A stretch of 47,302 nt of DNA from Candidatus Staskawiczbacteria bacterium (lineage in GTDB: Bacteria > Patescibacteriota > Minisyncoccia > Minisyncoccales > Staskawiczbacteraceae). This document shows, piece after piece, positions 9,623 through 17,382 of the stretch. The translations under genes and the position numbers were made by a program. Location of the stretch: the NCBI GenBank assembly GCA_903831095.1, contig CAIKWD010000018.1:1-47302 (forward strand), in the 5' to 3' direction. The notes beneath the pieces are model-generated. The model did no database searches. It saw nothing but the letters and a program-made list of their open reading frames with translations, and was not told the origin of the DNA. Position 1 is the stretch's first letter. Each line of letters begins with the position of its first letter.

Positions 9623-9633
9623 TGTCGCAAAAT
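9623..9633 (-). repeat. Near-copy TGTCGCAaAAT in the recombinase 5' UTR
   Basis: One mismatch to the 11-mer core. It forms the 5' arm of the UTR hairpin. Confidence 0.5.
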
Positions 9634-9683
9634 GTAGGTAAAGCGACGTACTATATAAGGGCTTCTTAAGGATAATCAAAAAC

Positions 9684-10655
9684 ATGCAAAATTCAAACAA
9701 ACCAATAAAAGAACATATTCAAGACTTTTTAGATTTCTGTGAAGTTGAAAAAGGTTTAAGAAAAAATACTCAGGAGAATTATAAAAACTATTTGGAGAAA
9801 TTTTTTCGCTGGCTCGACGAGACTAAAAATAGCTCTTTGCTCCCCCATCAGCTGACCTCTGACCATATTTGGACCTATAGATTATACCTTTCTAGAACTC
9901 CTAGCCCAGCTACAGGCAAATTGCTGTCCAAAGGCACCCAGAACTATTATTTAATCGCTTTAAGGGCCTTTTTAGGCTATTTTGTGGCTAAAGACGTGCT
10001 TTCATTGCCCCCAGACAAAATATCGCTCTCAAAGCCAGATAGAGGCTCAAAAAGCATCAAATTCCTTACCTTAGATCAAGTCAGCAAGCTTTTAGCTTCC
10101 ATTGACCCAAAAGATGATGGAAGCATCAGGGATAGGGCCATTTTGGAGGTCTTTTTCTCAACCGGACTTCGTATTGCCGAACTCACTGCCCTAAATCTTG
10201 AACAGTTCAATAGCCTTAAAGACAAAAAAGACATGGAACTTGGAGTTATAGGAAAAGGTGGTAAACCACGCGTTGTTTATTTTTCTGAGCGCGCATTAAA
10301 CTTTGTCCGAACATATCTAGAAATTAGAAACAAGGTTGAACATGCCAATCAAAAAGCCTTGTTTATAAACTTCCGCGATAAGAAAGATGATACAGATGCC
10401 AGACTCACGCCAAGATCTATTGAACGCATGGTAAAAAAATACGCCCTACTTTCAGGTGTGCCAATTTTCACCACGCCACATACTCTTCGACACAGTTATG
10501 CAACAGATTTATTAAACCAAGGCGTTGACCTGCGAAGCATCCAGGAATTCCTTGGCCATAGCAATATTGCCACTACCCAAATCTACACACACGTCACAAA
10601 TAAAAGATTACGTGACATCCATCATCAATTCCACAGCGACCCCGACAAAAAATAA
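9684..10655 (+). CDS. Tyrosine site-specific recombinase, XerC/XerD-like
   Basis: SAM-like N-terminal domain. Catalytic signatures GLRIAELTAL (Arg), HTLRHSYAT (H-x-x-R) and GHSNIATTQIYTHV (His..Tyr). Confidence 0.9.
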   Translation: MQNSNKPIKEHIQDFLDFCEVEKGLRKNTQENYKNYLEKFFRWLDETKNSSLLPHQLTSDHIWTYRLYLSRTPSPATGKLLSKGTQNYYLIALRAFLGYFVAKDVLSLPPDKISLSKPDRGSKSIKFLTLDQVSKLLASIDPKDDGSIRDRAILEVFFSTGLRIAELTALNLEQFNSLKDKKDMELGVIGKGGKPRVVYFSERALNFVRTYLEIRNKVEHANQKALFINFRDKKDDTDARLTPRSIERMVKKYALLSGVPIFTTPHTLRHSYATDLLNQGVDLRSIQEFLGHSNIATTQIYTHVTNKRLRDIHHQFHSDPDKK

Positions 10656-10667
10656 TTAATATCAACA

Positions 10668-10695
10668 AAAAAGACGATATAAACATCGTCTTTTT
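10668..10695. repeat. 28-bp inverted-repeat site, copy 2 (AAAAAGACGAT-ATAAAC-ATCGTCTTTTT)
   Basis: Direct repeat of 9529..9556, offset by 1139 bp. The only difference is the first spacer base. Confidence 0.85.
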
Positions 10696-10707
10696 ATTTA
10701 TTCAATC

Positions 10708-10718
10708 TGTCGCACAAT
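10708..10718 (-). repeat. Motif copy (plus strand TGTCGCACAAT), intergenic
   Basis: The RC reads ttttATTGTGCGACAgatt, 13 nt downstream of 28-bp site copy 2. Confidence 0.9.
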
Positions 10719-10733
10719 AAAAAAAGATACCAA

Positions 10734-10759
10734 TAAAAAAACGCTCATAGGAGCGTTTG
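10734..10759 (-). terminator. Intrinsic terminator of thrC
   Basis: Minus strand reads caAACGCTCctatGAGCGTTttttttt. Confidence 0.75.
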
Positions 10760-10765
10760 AGTTCT

Positions 10766-12082
10766 TCAGAGTTGAAGAACTTTTGCAACTGACGAAGCTC
10801 GACAGTCATCTAGATTTATAATATTATTTTGCAAATTTCTTGCGGCTGAATCTGTAAATTTGAGGCCTGTGGCTGTAGACACAACCACAATTGTTTCATC
10901 TTCAGAAATTGTCTCACACTGTACAGCATTTCTGACTCCAGCTAAAGCAATACCTGTTTGAGGACAAACAAATATTCCATCTTGGCCACATACGGAAACA
11001 GCCTGGCGCAAGTCTCTTTCTGCGGCGATTTCCATTAAACCATTAGAAAGGAAAATTTCGCGCATGACTTTTTTTGCAGAAACAGGATCTCCGATTCTTG
11101 CAGCAGTGGCATCAGTTTCGCCGACAAGCTTAGGCATATAATATTGTTCCCACTCATATATTCCAGATCTGAAAGATAATGCTAAGGGACACGCAGCCTC
11201 TGACTGACAACCTAATATGCGGCAATGACTTGAATGCGGTAGAATACCTGTTTCTTTCATTGTTCTGATTCCCTTCCCAACCGAAGAACAATTGCTTCCA
11301 TTTCCAACCGGCACTACTATCCAATTGGGCATTTCCCAATTGAAAAAGTGCGCAATTTGAAATGCAGTTGCCTGATGTCCTTCAATTCTTGCAGGATTCA
11401 GGCTATTCGCAGGATAAGCACCGTATTTTTCAACCAGCTCCAATACAATTTTCATGCAGTCGTCGAAAGGACCAGGAACTAAAATAACTTTAGCTCCATG
11501 AACTAGCGGTTGAGCCAACTGCACTGGCGTTATTTTCCCAGCGGGCAAAATAACAGCACATTTCATTCCAGCTGAGGCAGCATAAGCTGCAGCCATTGCC
11601 GAGGTATCACCAGTTGAAGCACAAACAACTGCGTTTATTCCAGCAGCTTTTGCAATTGAAATAAGAACTGTCCCTCCAAAATCTTTGAAAGATCCAGTTG
11701 GCGTCATACCTTCAAGTATCAGCCAAAGATTATTTGTGCCAACCCAATGTGAGAGATTACGGCCAGCCTTTACGATTGGAACATTCCCTTCAGCTAAGCT
11801 GACAATATCTTGCTCTGGCAGATGTGGCATAATTAACTCTCGGTAACGCCACACACCAGACTGCTGCCAATTTTCGTTATTGCAGCTAAAATCTGACATG
11901 CGGTTTGAAAAAGTTTTCTTGAGAAAACTAGAATTTCCAATTCTAGAAAAATCATGACACACATCAAAAAGGTTTCCGCATTTCTGGCAGAAAAAACCCC
12001 TTTCCTTAAGTAAATCAGCACGATTATTGCATTTAATGCACTCCAACCAAGTTTGATTCACATTAAATAACGGCGATTTCAT
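10766..12082 (-). CDS. thrC: Threonine synthase with N-terminal zinc-ribbon
   Basis: PLP lysine motif TGSFKDFGGT, SSGNA-like GDTSAMAAAYA, and an N-terminal CxxC..CxxC. AAGGAGGG Shine-Dalgarno sequence. Confidence 0.88.
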   Translation of the reverse strand: MKSPLFNVNQTWLECIKCNNRADLLKERGFFCQKCGNLFDVCHDFSRIGNSSFLKKTFSNRMSDFSCNNENWQQSGVWRYRELIMPHLPEQDIVSLAEGNVPIVKAGRNLSHWVGTNNLWLILEGMTPTGSFKDFGGTVLISIAKAAGINAVVCASTGDTSAMAAAYAASAGMKCAVILPAGKITPVQLAQPLVHGAKVILVPGPFDDCMKIVLELVEKYGAYPANSLNPARIEGHQATAFQIAHFFNWEMPNWIVVPVGNGSNCSSVGKGIRTMKETGILPHSSHCRILGCQSEAACPLALSFRSGIYEWEQYYMPKLVGETDATAARIGDPVSAKKVMREIFLSNGLMEIAAERDLRQAVSVCGQDGIFVCPQTGIALAGVRNAVQCETISEDETIVVVSTATGLKFTDSAARNLQNNIINLDDCRASSVAKVLQL

Positions 12083-12139
12083 AAACCCTCCTTATTTTCT
12101 TGTTATTTGTTAAAGGACAATCCTTTACAATTTTGTTTT

Positions 12140-12167
12140 ATATTATCACTTAAGATAGTTCTGTCAA
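12140..12167 (-). promoter_or_regulatory. Sigma70-type promoter of thrC
   Basis: Minus strand: TTGACA (12167-12162), 16 nt, TAATAT (12145-12140). The 13-mer motif abuts the -35 element. Confidence 0.65.
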
Positions 12168-12179
12168 TTGTCGCACAAT
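12167..12179 (-). repeat. Motif copy (plus strand ATTGTCGCACAAT, perfect 13-mer), intergenic
   Basis: The RC reads ttttATTGTGCGACAATtgaca and overlaps the thrC -35 element by 1 nt. Confidence 0.9.
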
Positions 12180-12194
12180 AAAAATTAGCAGAGT

Positions 12195-12539
12195 TTATTT
12201 TATATGTAATAAACAATCGCAGGGTTTTTGTTTGAGAATTATTCTTTGCTCTTTTATTGTGTTAATAAATATTTTCTGACTTCCAGAACCAGTTGCGAGT
12301 TTTTTATCCAACGGAGTTTTATGATTGTATCCGCGGCGTTCAAACTCCTTAACCAACTGTTGATGGCGCAAATAAAGCGCTTTTTGTTTACTCACCCATC
12401 GCAAAGTTTCAGGGTGTCTGGAATATCCGCCCTTTCCACCATGCTTTGTCAAAATATTCCAAAGCCCGTGAAGTTCACGGTGTTCTGACAGCAAATGTTT
12501 TCGGCACAAATGTTTTGGATGTATGTCCCAAACTCTCAT
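12195..12539 (-). CDS. Pyrimidine-dimer DNA glycosylase (T4 endonuclease V/DenV-like family)
   Basis: MRVWDIHPKHLCRKHLLSEHRELHGLWNIL...HPETLRW matches the Pyr_excise family signature from memory. Confidence 0.7.
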   Translation of the reverse strand: MRVWDIHPKHLCRKHLLSEHRELHGLWNILTKHGGKGGYSRHPETLRWVSKQKALYLRHQQLVKEFERRGYNHKTPLDKKLATGSGSQKIFINTIKEQRIILKQKPCDCLLHIK

Positions 12540-12565
12540 ATTTTTATATGTTTAATAATAAATTT

Positions 12566-12578
12566 ATTGTATCACAAT
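12566..12578 (-). repeat. Degenerate motif copy ATTGTatCACAAT
   Basis: Same ATTGT/ACAAT arms with a different centre, starting 19 nt upstream of the perfect copy (a 6-nt gap between the two). Confidence 0.5.
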
Positions 12579-12584
12579 TTGCCT

Positions 12585-12597
12585 ATTGTCGCACAAT
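12585..12597 (-). repeat. Motif copy (plus strand ATTGTCGCACAAT, perfect 13-mer), intergenic
   Basis: Located in the divergent region between the pdg-like gene and the LAGLIDADG gene. Confidence 0.9.
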
Positions 12598-12614
12598 TGG
12601 ATATTTGCTATAAT
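12586..12614 (+). promoter_or_regulatory. Putative promoter of the LAGLIDADG gene
   Basis: TTGTCG (a -35-like element inside the 13-mer motif), 17 nt, TATAAT (12609-12614). Confidence 0.45.
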
Positions 12615-12649
12615 CTATTTATAAATAAAAAAATAATTATATAAAAAGT

Positions 12650-13147
12650 ATGTTGGTAAAAAACGATTTTAATATTGTAACATTAGTAAACAGTGACGGA
12701 TGCTTTGACCTGCAATTCAGAAAAGACACAAGGCACGAAAGAACCAACTCGCCAACATATTACAGATGGAAAGCCCAGTTTGTAGTCACTGCTCCAAAAA
12801 ACGATGTTAAAATACTTGAAAAAATAAAAAGCGAAATGCAATGTGGTGAAGTTACAATATCTAAAGACCAAGCAAGATTTTCTGTGCAGAAAATTGGAGA
12901 TATTGCAGAAATAGTTGTGCCATTTTTCAAAAAAAATACGCTTTCCGGAGAAAAGAAAAAAGACTTTGAGCTTTGGGCAAAAGGAGTTGAGGTCATACAA
13001 AGAAACAAGGGGAAATTTTTAGCCACCTGGAAAAAGAATGATATTTGCACTCTTATAGAAATACATAAATCCTCAGCCAAATACAAAACCCGACCACGAG
13101 AACCAAAATGGCTTGAAATGGCCCAGACTTTATCAAGAGCTAAATAA
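12650..13147 (+). CDS. Free-standing single-motif LAGLIDADG homing endonuclease
   Basis: 165 aa. It has the motif LVNSDGCFDL (LAGLIDADG-type ..DG.F) and FFKKNTLSGEKKKDFELWAKGVEVI, which is typical of the family. No flanking intron or intein context. Confidence 0.7.
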   Translation: MLVKNDFNIVTLVNSDGCFDLQFRKDTRHERTNSPTYYRWKAQFVVTAPKNDVKILEKIKSEMQCGEVTISKDQARFSVQKIGDIAEIVVPFFKKNTLSGEKKKDFELWAKGVEVIQRNKGKFLATWKKNDICTLIEIHKSSAKYKTRPREPKWLEMAQTLSRAK

Positions 13148-13256
13148 CTTGTATTACCATCATCACGAAACATCCCGATTACATTGTATTAGCTCGCACC
13201 CTTCATATAAAAAAACACAAAAGGCTGCTTAAAACCTTATCTAAAACCAACTAATC

Positions 13257-13283
13257 AAAAAAGCGAGTAACCCTCGCTTTTTT
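13257..13283 (+). terminator. Intrinsic terminator
   Basis: aaaaAAGCGAGtaaccCTCGCTTtttt. Confidence 0.7.
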
Positions 13284-13291
13284 ATTGCAAT

Positions 13292-13316
13292 AAAAAACCT
13301 CGTGCAGATGCCGAGG
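13292..13316 (-). terminator. Intrinsic terminator of the GNAT gene
   Basis: Minus strand reads GCCTCGgcatctgcaCGAGGtttttt, directly after the stop codon. Confidence 0.7.
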
Positions 13317-13874
13317 CTATATTAAATTATATTTAACCATTGTGACGCGGTCGACGTATTTTCCGCAGAAATAACGCCAGTTCTTTTTTCTGCCAACAAT
13401 TTCAAAACCGCATTTTTGATAGAGGCGAATTGCCGGATAATTATCTCCATTGGTTTCAAGATCAATCCTGGTAGTTTGCATATTTTTTACCGCTTCTGAA
13501 ATTGCACCATTTATTAATCTTTCTCCGACGCCTACCTTGCGATATTTTCTGTCAACTGCGATAATATGCAGATTTGCAGTATGAAAATATGAACTACGAC
13601 CCTTTTTAATGAAGATATATCCAATGACCTCGCCATCAATTTCTGCGATAAGACCTACTACAAGATTTTTTGTAATGCCCTCAAAATCTTCCAGCAAGCA
13701 CTTTTTCACGAGCTCATCACTTTCCTGGGGTCGTGTATCACCCTCAAATAGCAGTTCTTCGTGCCAGCCTTTATGAACATATAGTATGCCCTCGATATCC
13801 TTTTCCATGGGATATCTAATAATCATTTCTTCATCAAATAATTCCAGCGAATCAACAATCTTACCTAGTTCCAT
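13317..13874 (-). CDS. GNAT-family N-acetyltransferase
   Basis: IAVDRKYRKVGVGERLI (Q/RxxGxG/A motif) and RLYQKCGFE. Confidence 0.8.
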   Translation of the reverse strand: MELGKIVDSLELFDEEMIIRYPMEKDIEGILYVHKGWHEELLFEGDTRPQESDELVKKCLLEDFEGITKNLVVGLIAEIDGEVIGYIFIKKGRSSYFHTANLHIIAVDRKYRKVGVGERLINGAISEAVKNMQTTRIDLETNGDNYPAIRLYQKCGFEIVGRKKNWRYFCGKYVDRVTMVKYNLI

Positions 13875-13949
13875 TTTAGTCTCTCCTATTCTGTATTTTG
13901 AGTTTTAAAGATTCTGAACTTAATATAGCAGATAAAAAATAATAATCAA

Positions 13950-14648
13950 CTATTTAAGAGGCTGCATGCGGGAGTCAAAGTCTGCCAGGGCTTGGTCCAA
14001 ATCTTGCTCGGTGAATTCGGGCCAAAGTTTTTTGGTAAAATAAAGCTCTGCGCGGGCCAACTGCCACAATTCAAAATTTGAAAGCCTTTGGTCGCCACCT
14101 GTACGAATAATAAAATCTGGGTCTGGCAAGCCAGCTGTAGACAAATAACTGGAAAATAAATCTTCGTTTATTTCTTCGGCTTTAACGCCATCTTTTACAA
14201 TATTTCTTACAGCGTTTAAAATATCCCATCTTCCACTGTAGCTAATTGCTAAATTTAAAAAAAGTTTATCATTGTCTTTTGTGGCCTCTTCTATTTGAGT
14301 TATGAGTTTTTGCAATGACAACGGAAGCATCTGCGTGTTTCCCAAAACCCTAACCTTCACGCCCAAACTCTGCCATTTTTTATCTTTTAAATATTTTTTA
14401 ATATTATGAGAAAGTAATTTTTCAAAAATCTTTAGAAAAAAACCGACCAGCTTTTTTTCGCGGCTCCAAGTAGACATAGTAAAACCATAAACAGTTAGCG
14501 CCTTCACTCCCCTATCTTTACACCAATAACAAAAATCAACCAAGTTTTCATATCCTTTTTTATATGCAAAAATTCGCGGTAAATTATTTTTTTTAGCCCA
14601 TCTACCATTTCCATCTGGGAATAAAACCAAGTGTTTTGGAATATTCAT
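13950..14648 (-). CDS. uppS: Undecaprenyl (isoprenyl) diphosphate synthase
   Basis: HLVLFPDGNGRWAKK, FTMSTWSREK, IRTGGDQRLSNFELWQ. Confidence 0.92.
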   Translation of the reverse strand: MNIPKHLVLFPDGNGRWAKKNNLPRIFAYKKGYENLVDFCYWCKDRGVKALTVYGFTMSTWSREKKLVGFFLKIFEKLLSHNIKKYLKDKKWQSLGVKVRVLGNTQMLPLSLQKLITQIEEATKDNDKLFLNLAISYSGRWDILNAVRNIVKDGVKAEEINEDLFSSYLSTAGLPDPDFIIRTGGDQRLSNFELWQLARAELYFTKKLWPEFTEQDLDQALADFDSRMQPLK

Positions 14649-14650
14649 TG

Positions 14651-14809
14651 TTATTTGTTTTGATTAATGACTTGTATAGGCTCTTTAGCTTGATACTTTG
14701 CAGCTATATATCCCATGGAAAAGGCCAACATAACTAAAAGCGCGACTATCACAAATAGCATAATATCATTAAAATGAGCTTTGACAAAATCCTTTATTTC
14801 TGATAACAT
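14651..14809 (-). CDS. Unlisted small membrane protein (52 aa)
   Basis: Translated by hand as MLSEIKDFVKAHFNDIMLFVIVALLVMLAFSMGYIAAKYQAKEPIQVINQNK. The stop lies 2 nt before the uppS ATG. One clear TM helix. Confidence 0.45.
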   Translation of the reverse strand: MLSEIKDFVKAHFNDIMLFVIVALLVMLAFSMGYIAAKYQAKEPIQVINQNK

Positions 14810-14850
14810 ACTATTATATAGATTTTATAAACACTTAAATATATTAAATT

Positions 14851-15153
14851 ATGTCAACGTCTAAACAAGGAGGTTCGTCCAGATTAGGAAGGGATTCAAT
14901 GGCTCAAAGGCTTGGAATCAAAATTTCTGCTGGAGAAAAGGTAAAAATTGGTCAGATAATCATAAGACAACGTGGAGCAAAATTTCTTATGGGCAAGAAT
15001 GTTAAAAAAGGTTCTGATGACACTATTTATGCTATGGCAAACGGAGTAGTAAAATTCCTTTCAAAACCAAGAAAGCACTTCGACGGAACAACCAGAATAG
15101 CCAAGGTAGTTTCAGTGGAATTAGTTAAAGAAAAGGCAAAAGCTACAAAATAG
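14851..15153 (+). CDS. rpmA: 50S ribosomal protein L27
   Basis: KQGGSSRLGRDSMAQRLGIK...IIIRQRG.KF..G.NV. Confidence 0.92.
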   Translation: MSTSKQGGSSRLGRDSMAQRLGIKISAGEKVKIGQIIIRQRGAKFLMGKNVKKGSDDTIYAMANGVVKFLSKPRKHFDGTTRIAKVVSVELVKEKAKATK

Positions 15154-15170
15154 ACTTTAAACAATTATTT

Positions 15171-15197
15171 AAAACCGCCCCAAAAGGGCGGTTTTTT
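15171..15197. terminator. Bidirectional intrinsic terminator (rpmA / pyrG)
   Basis: aaAACCGCCCcaaaaGGGCGGTTtttt. Confidence 0.8.
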
Positions 15198-15198
15198 G

Positions 15199-16863
15199 TT
15201 ATCGGGATATCTTTTGGGTTGTTTTGATAGCCGCCTTAATGAATTCCTTAAATAAAGGATGCGGTTTCAATGGTCTAGATTTGAATTCAGGATGAAACTG
15301 TGTGGCAACAAAAAATGGGTGGTTTTTAACTTCTATTATTTCTACCAAATCCTTTTTTGGATTTACTCCAGCAATTACCAATCCATTGTCCTGCAATATT
15401 GCCTTATAATCGTTGTTAACCTCGTATCTGTGTCTATGCCTCTCGGAAATCATGTAAGAACCTTTTACCTCTCCTACCCAATCTTTATATGCCTTATGGC
15501 TGATTGTGCCGTCCTGGACATGACATTCATAAGCTCCAAGTCTCATTGTTCCACCATAGTGCTTTTGTTTTAACAATTCTTTTTGTTCCTGCATAACATC
15601 TATAACTGGATTTTTTGCTTCCCTATCAAATTCTCTAGATGTGGCATCTTTTATACCTACAACATTTCTAGCATATTCAATAACCGAAAGCTGAAGCCCA
15701 AGGCACAATCCAAAAAATGGAATCTTATTTTTTCTACAATATTCAATTGCCTTAATTTTGCCTTCCACTCCCCTGTTTCCAAATCCCCCAGGAACAATTA
15801 TGCCATCATATTGTTTTAATTCCTTTAATGATTCAGGTTTCTTTTCAAATTCTTCAGAAGAAATCCAAGAAATATTTGCTTTTCTATTTTGTGAAAAAGC
15901 AGCATGTTTTATGGACTCAATAACAGAAATGTATGAATCCATTAAGGTGAATTTCCCGCTTTCAAAATATTTTCCTACAATTCCAATATTAACTTCTTTA
16001 GGATTGTTTCTAATAAGCTTAACTAAATCTGCCCACTCTTTTAAATTACTTGTTCGCGCCTTTAATCCTAATTTTCTTAATATTTTGTTTCCAATATCTT
16101 CCTGTTCAAAATTAATAGGAATTTCGTATATTGATTTTGCATCTGGGGCTGAAAAAACATCTTCTGGATGTATATTACAGTAAATAGCCAGTTTCTTTTT
16201 TCTTGGCTCGTCCAAGGCCACTTCTGCCCTAGCTAAAATCATGTCTGCCTGAATACCTGCCTCATTGAGATTTTTTACAGCTTGCTGAGTTGGCTTTGTC
16301 TTCATTTCTCCAATCATTCCCGGAATTGGCAAATAACTAACCATAATAAAAAGCACGTCTTTAGGGTGCTGAAATTTCATCATTCTTGCGGCCTCTAAAA
16401 AAAGCATGTTTTGATATTCTCCAACTGTTCCTCCTATTTCTGTTAAAACAAAATCTGCTTTTGCTTTCTGGCCGGCTCTTTTGATTGTAGAAATAACCTC
16501 GTTTGGAATTCCTGGAACTACAGAAACACATTCTCCGCCGTATTCCAAATTTCTTTCTTTATTAATAACGGAAAGATAAACGCTTCCCGTTGTCATGTAA
16601 TTATCCTTGTAGATATTTTCGTCTAGAAATCTTTCGTAGTTTCCAACATCCTGGTCGCATTCTGTTCCGTCATCGGTCACAAAAACCTCTCCATGTTCAA
16701 CCGGGTTCATTGTACCTGCATCAACGTTGATATAAGGATCAATTTTTAATGCAGTGACCTTAAAACCTTTACTTTTCAGTATTCTTCCAATAGAAGCTGT
16801 GGCTATACCCTTTCCAATGCCCGACATTACTCCGCCTGCGACGAAAATATATTTTGTTGGCAT
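15199..16863 (-). CDS. pyrG: CTP synthase
   Basis: MPTKYIFVAGGVMSGIGKGI N-terminus, glutamine amidotransferase motif GLCLGLQ, and HRHRYE. Confidence 0.95.
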   Translation of the reverse strand: MPTKYIFVAGGVMSGIGKGIATASIGRILKSKGFKVTALKIDPYINVDAGTMNPVEHGEVFVTDDGTECDQDVGNYERFLDENIYKDNYMTTGSVYLSVINKERNLEYGGECVSVVPGIPNEVISTIKRAGQKAKADFVLTEIGGTVGEYQNMLFLEAARMMKFQHPKDVLFIMVSYLPIPGMIGEMKTKPTQQAVKNLNEAGIQADMILARAEVALDEPRKKKLAIYCNIHPEDVFSAPDAKSIYEIPINFEQEDIGNKILRKLGLKARTSNLKEWADLVKLIRNNPKEVNIGIVGKYFESGKFTLMDSYISVIESIKHAAFSQNRKANISWISSEEFEKKPESLKELKQYDGIIVPGGFGNRGVEGKIKAIEYCRKNKIPFFGLCLGLQLSVIEYARNVVGIKDATSREFDREAKNPVIDVMQEQKELLKQKHYGGTMRLGAYECHVQDGTISHKAYKDWVGEVKGSYMISERHRHRYEVNNDYKAILQDNGLVIAGVNPKKDLVEIIEVKNHPFFVATQFHPEFKSRPLKPHPLFKEFIKAAIKTTQKISR

Positions 16864-16879
16864 GTTTTACGATAAATTT

Positions 16880-17347
16880 TTATTCTTCGATTTTTTCTTC
16901 TGCTTTTTCCGATGAAACAATAACTTTTATTTCTGCTTCTAAGTTATGGCTTAATGTAATACTAACTGGAAATTCTCCTGTTTCCTTAATAGGATTATCC
17001 AATTTAATTTGGGATTTTTTAACTTCAAATTTCATTCCCTTCAAAGCATCAATAATCTTTTGTGCGTTAATAGATTCAAACAATTGACCTTCGTCTCCTA
17101 CTTTTACTATTATATTTAATTCCAATCCGTCGAGTTCTGAAGCTAATTTCTGCTCTTTCTTCAAATCCTCCTCAATTTCTTTATCGATAACTTCTTTTTG
17201 ATCTGCAAGCCATTTTAATGCTGGCTTTGTCGCAGCTCTAGCTAATTTTTGTGGAAGTAAAAAGTTTCTGGCATGGCCATTTTTGACTTCCTTTACTTCA
17301 TACTTTTTGCCTAAACCTTCAACTTCCTGTAAGAGAATAACTTTCAT
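16880..17347 (-). CDS. rplI: 50S ribosomal protein L9
   Basis: MKVILLQEVEGLGKKYEVKEVKNGHARNFLLPQKLA. Confidence 0.92.
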   Translation of the reverse strand: MKVILLQEVEGLGKKYEVKEVKNGHARNFLLPQKLARAATKPALKWLADQKEVIDKEIEEDLKKEQKLASELDGLELNIIVKVGDEGQLFESINAQKIIDALKGMKFEVKKSQIKLDNPIKETGEFPVSITLSHNLEAEIKVIVSSEKAEEKIEE

Positions 17348-17382
17348 GTGTTTTTATTATGTTTTTATTATAATATTATATT

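Noticed and set aside
9529-10695. CRISPR-like or IS-like reading of the 28-bp repeats.
   Set aside because: There are only two copies, separated by a full gene. There are no spacers, no transposase and no target-site duplication beyond the sites themselves.
9125-13147. Integron-like interpretation: a tyrosine recombinase plus cassettes separated by palindromic sites.
   Set aside because: The 13-bp motif is far shorter than attC sites and lacks their R/L box organisation. The cassettes carry their own promoters and lie on both strands. The motif also occurs inside distant housekeeping genes.
15259-16183. Antisense ORFs opposite pyrG, and similar ones opposite aspS, trpB, murC, the ATPase gene and others.
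   Set aside because: They are typical antisense shadow ORFs in AT-rich coding DNA. Each is fully contained within a confidently assigned gene.
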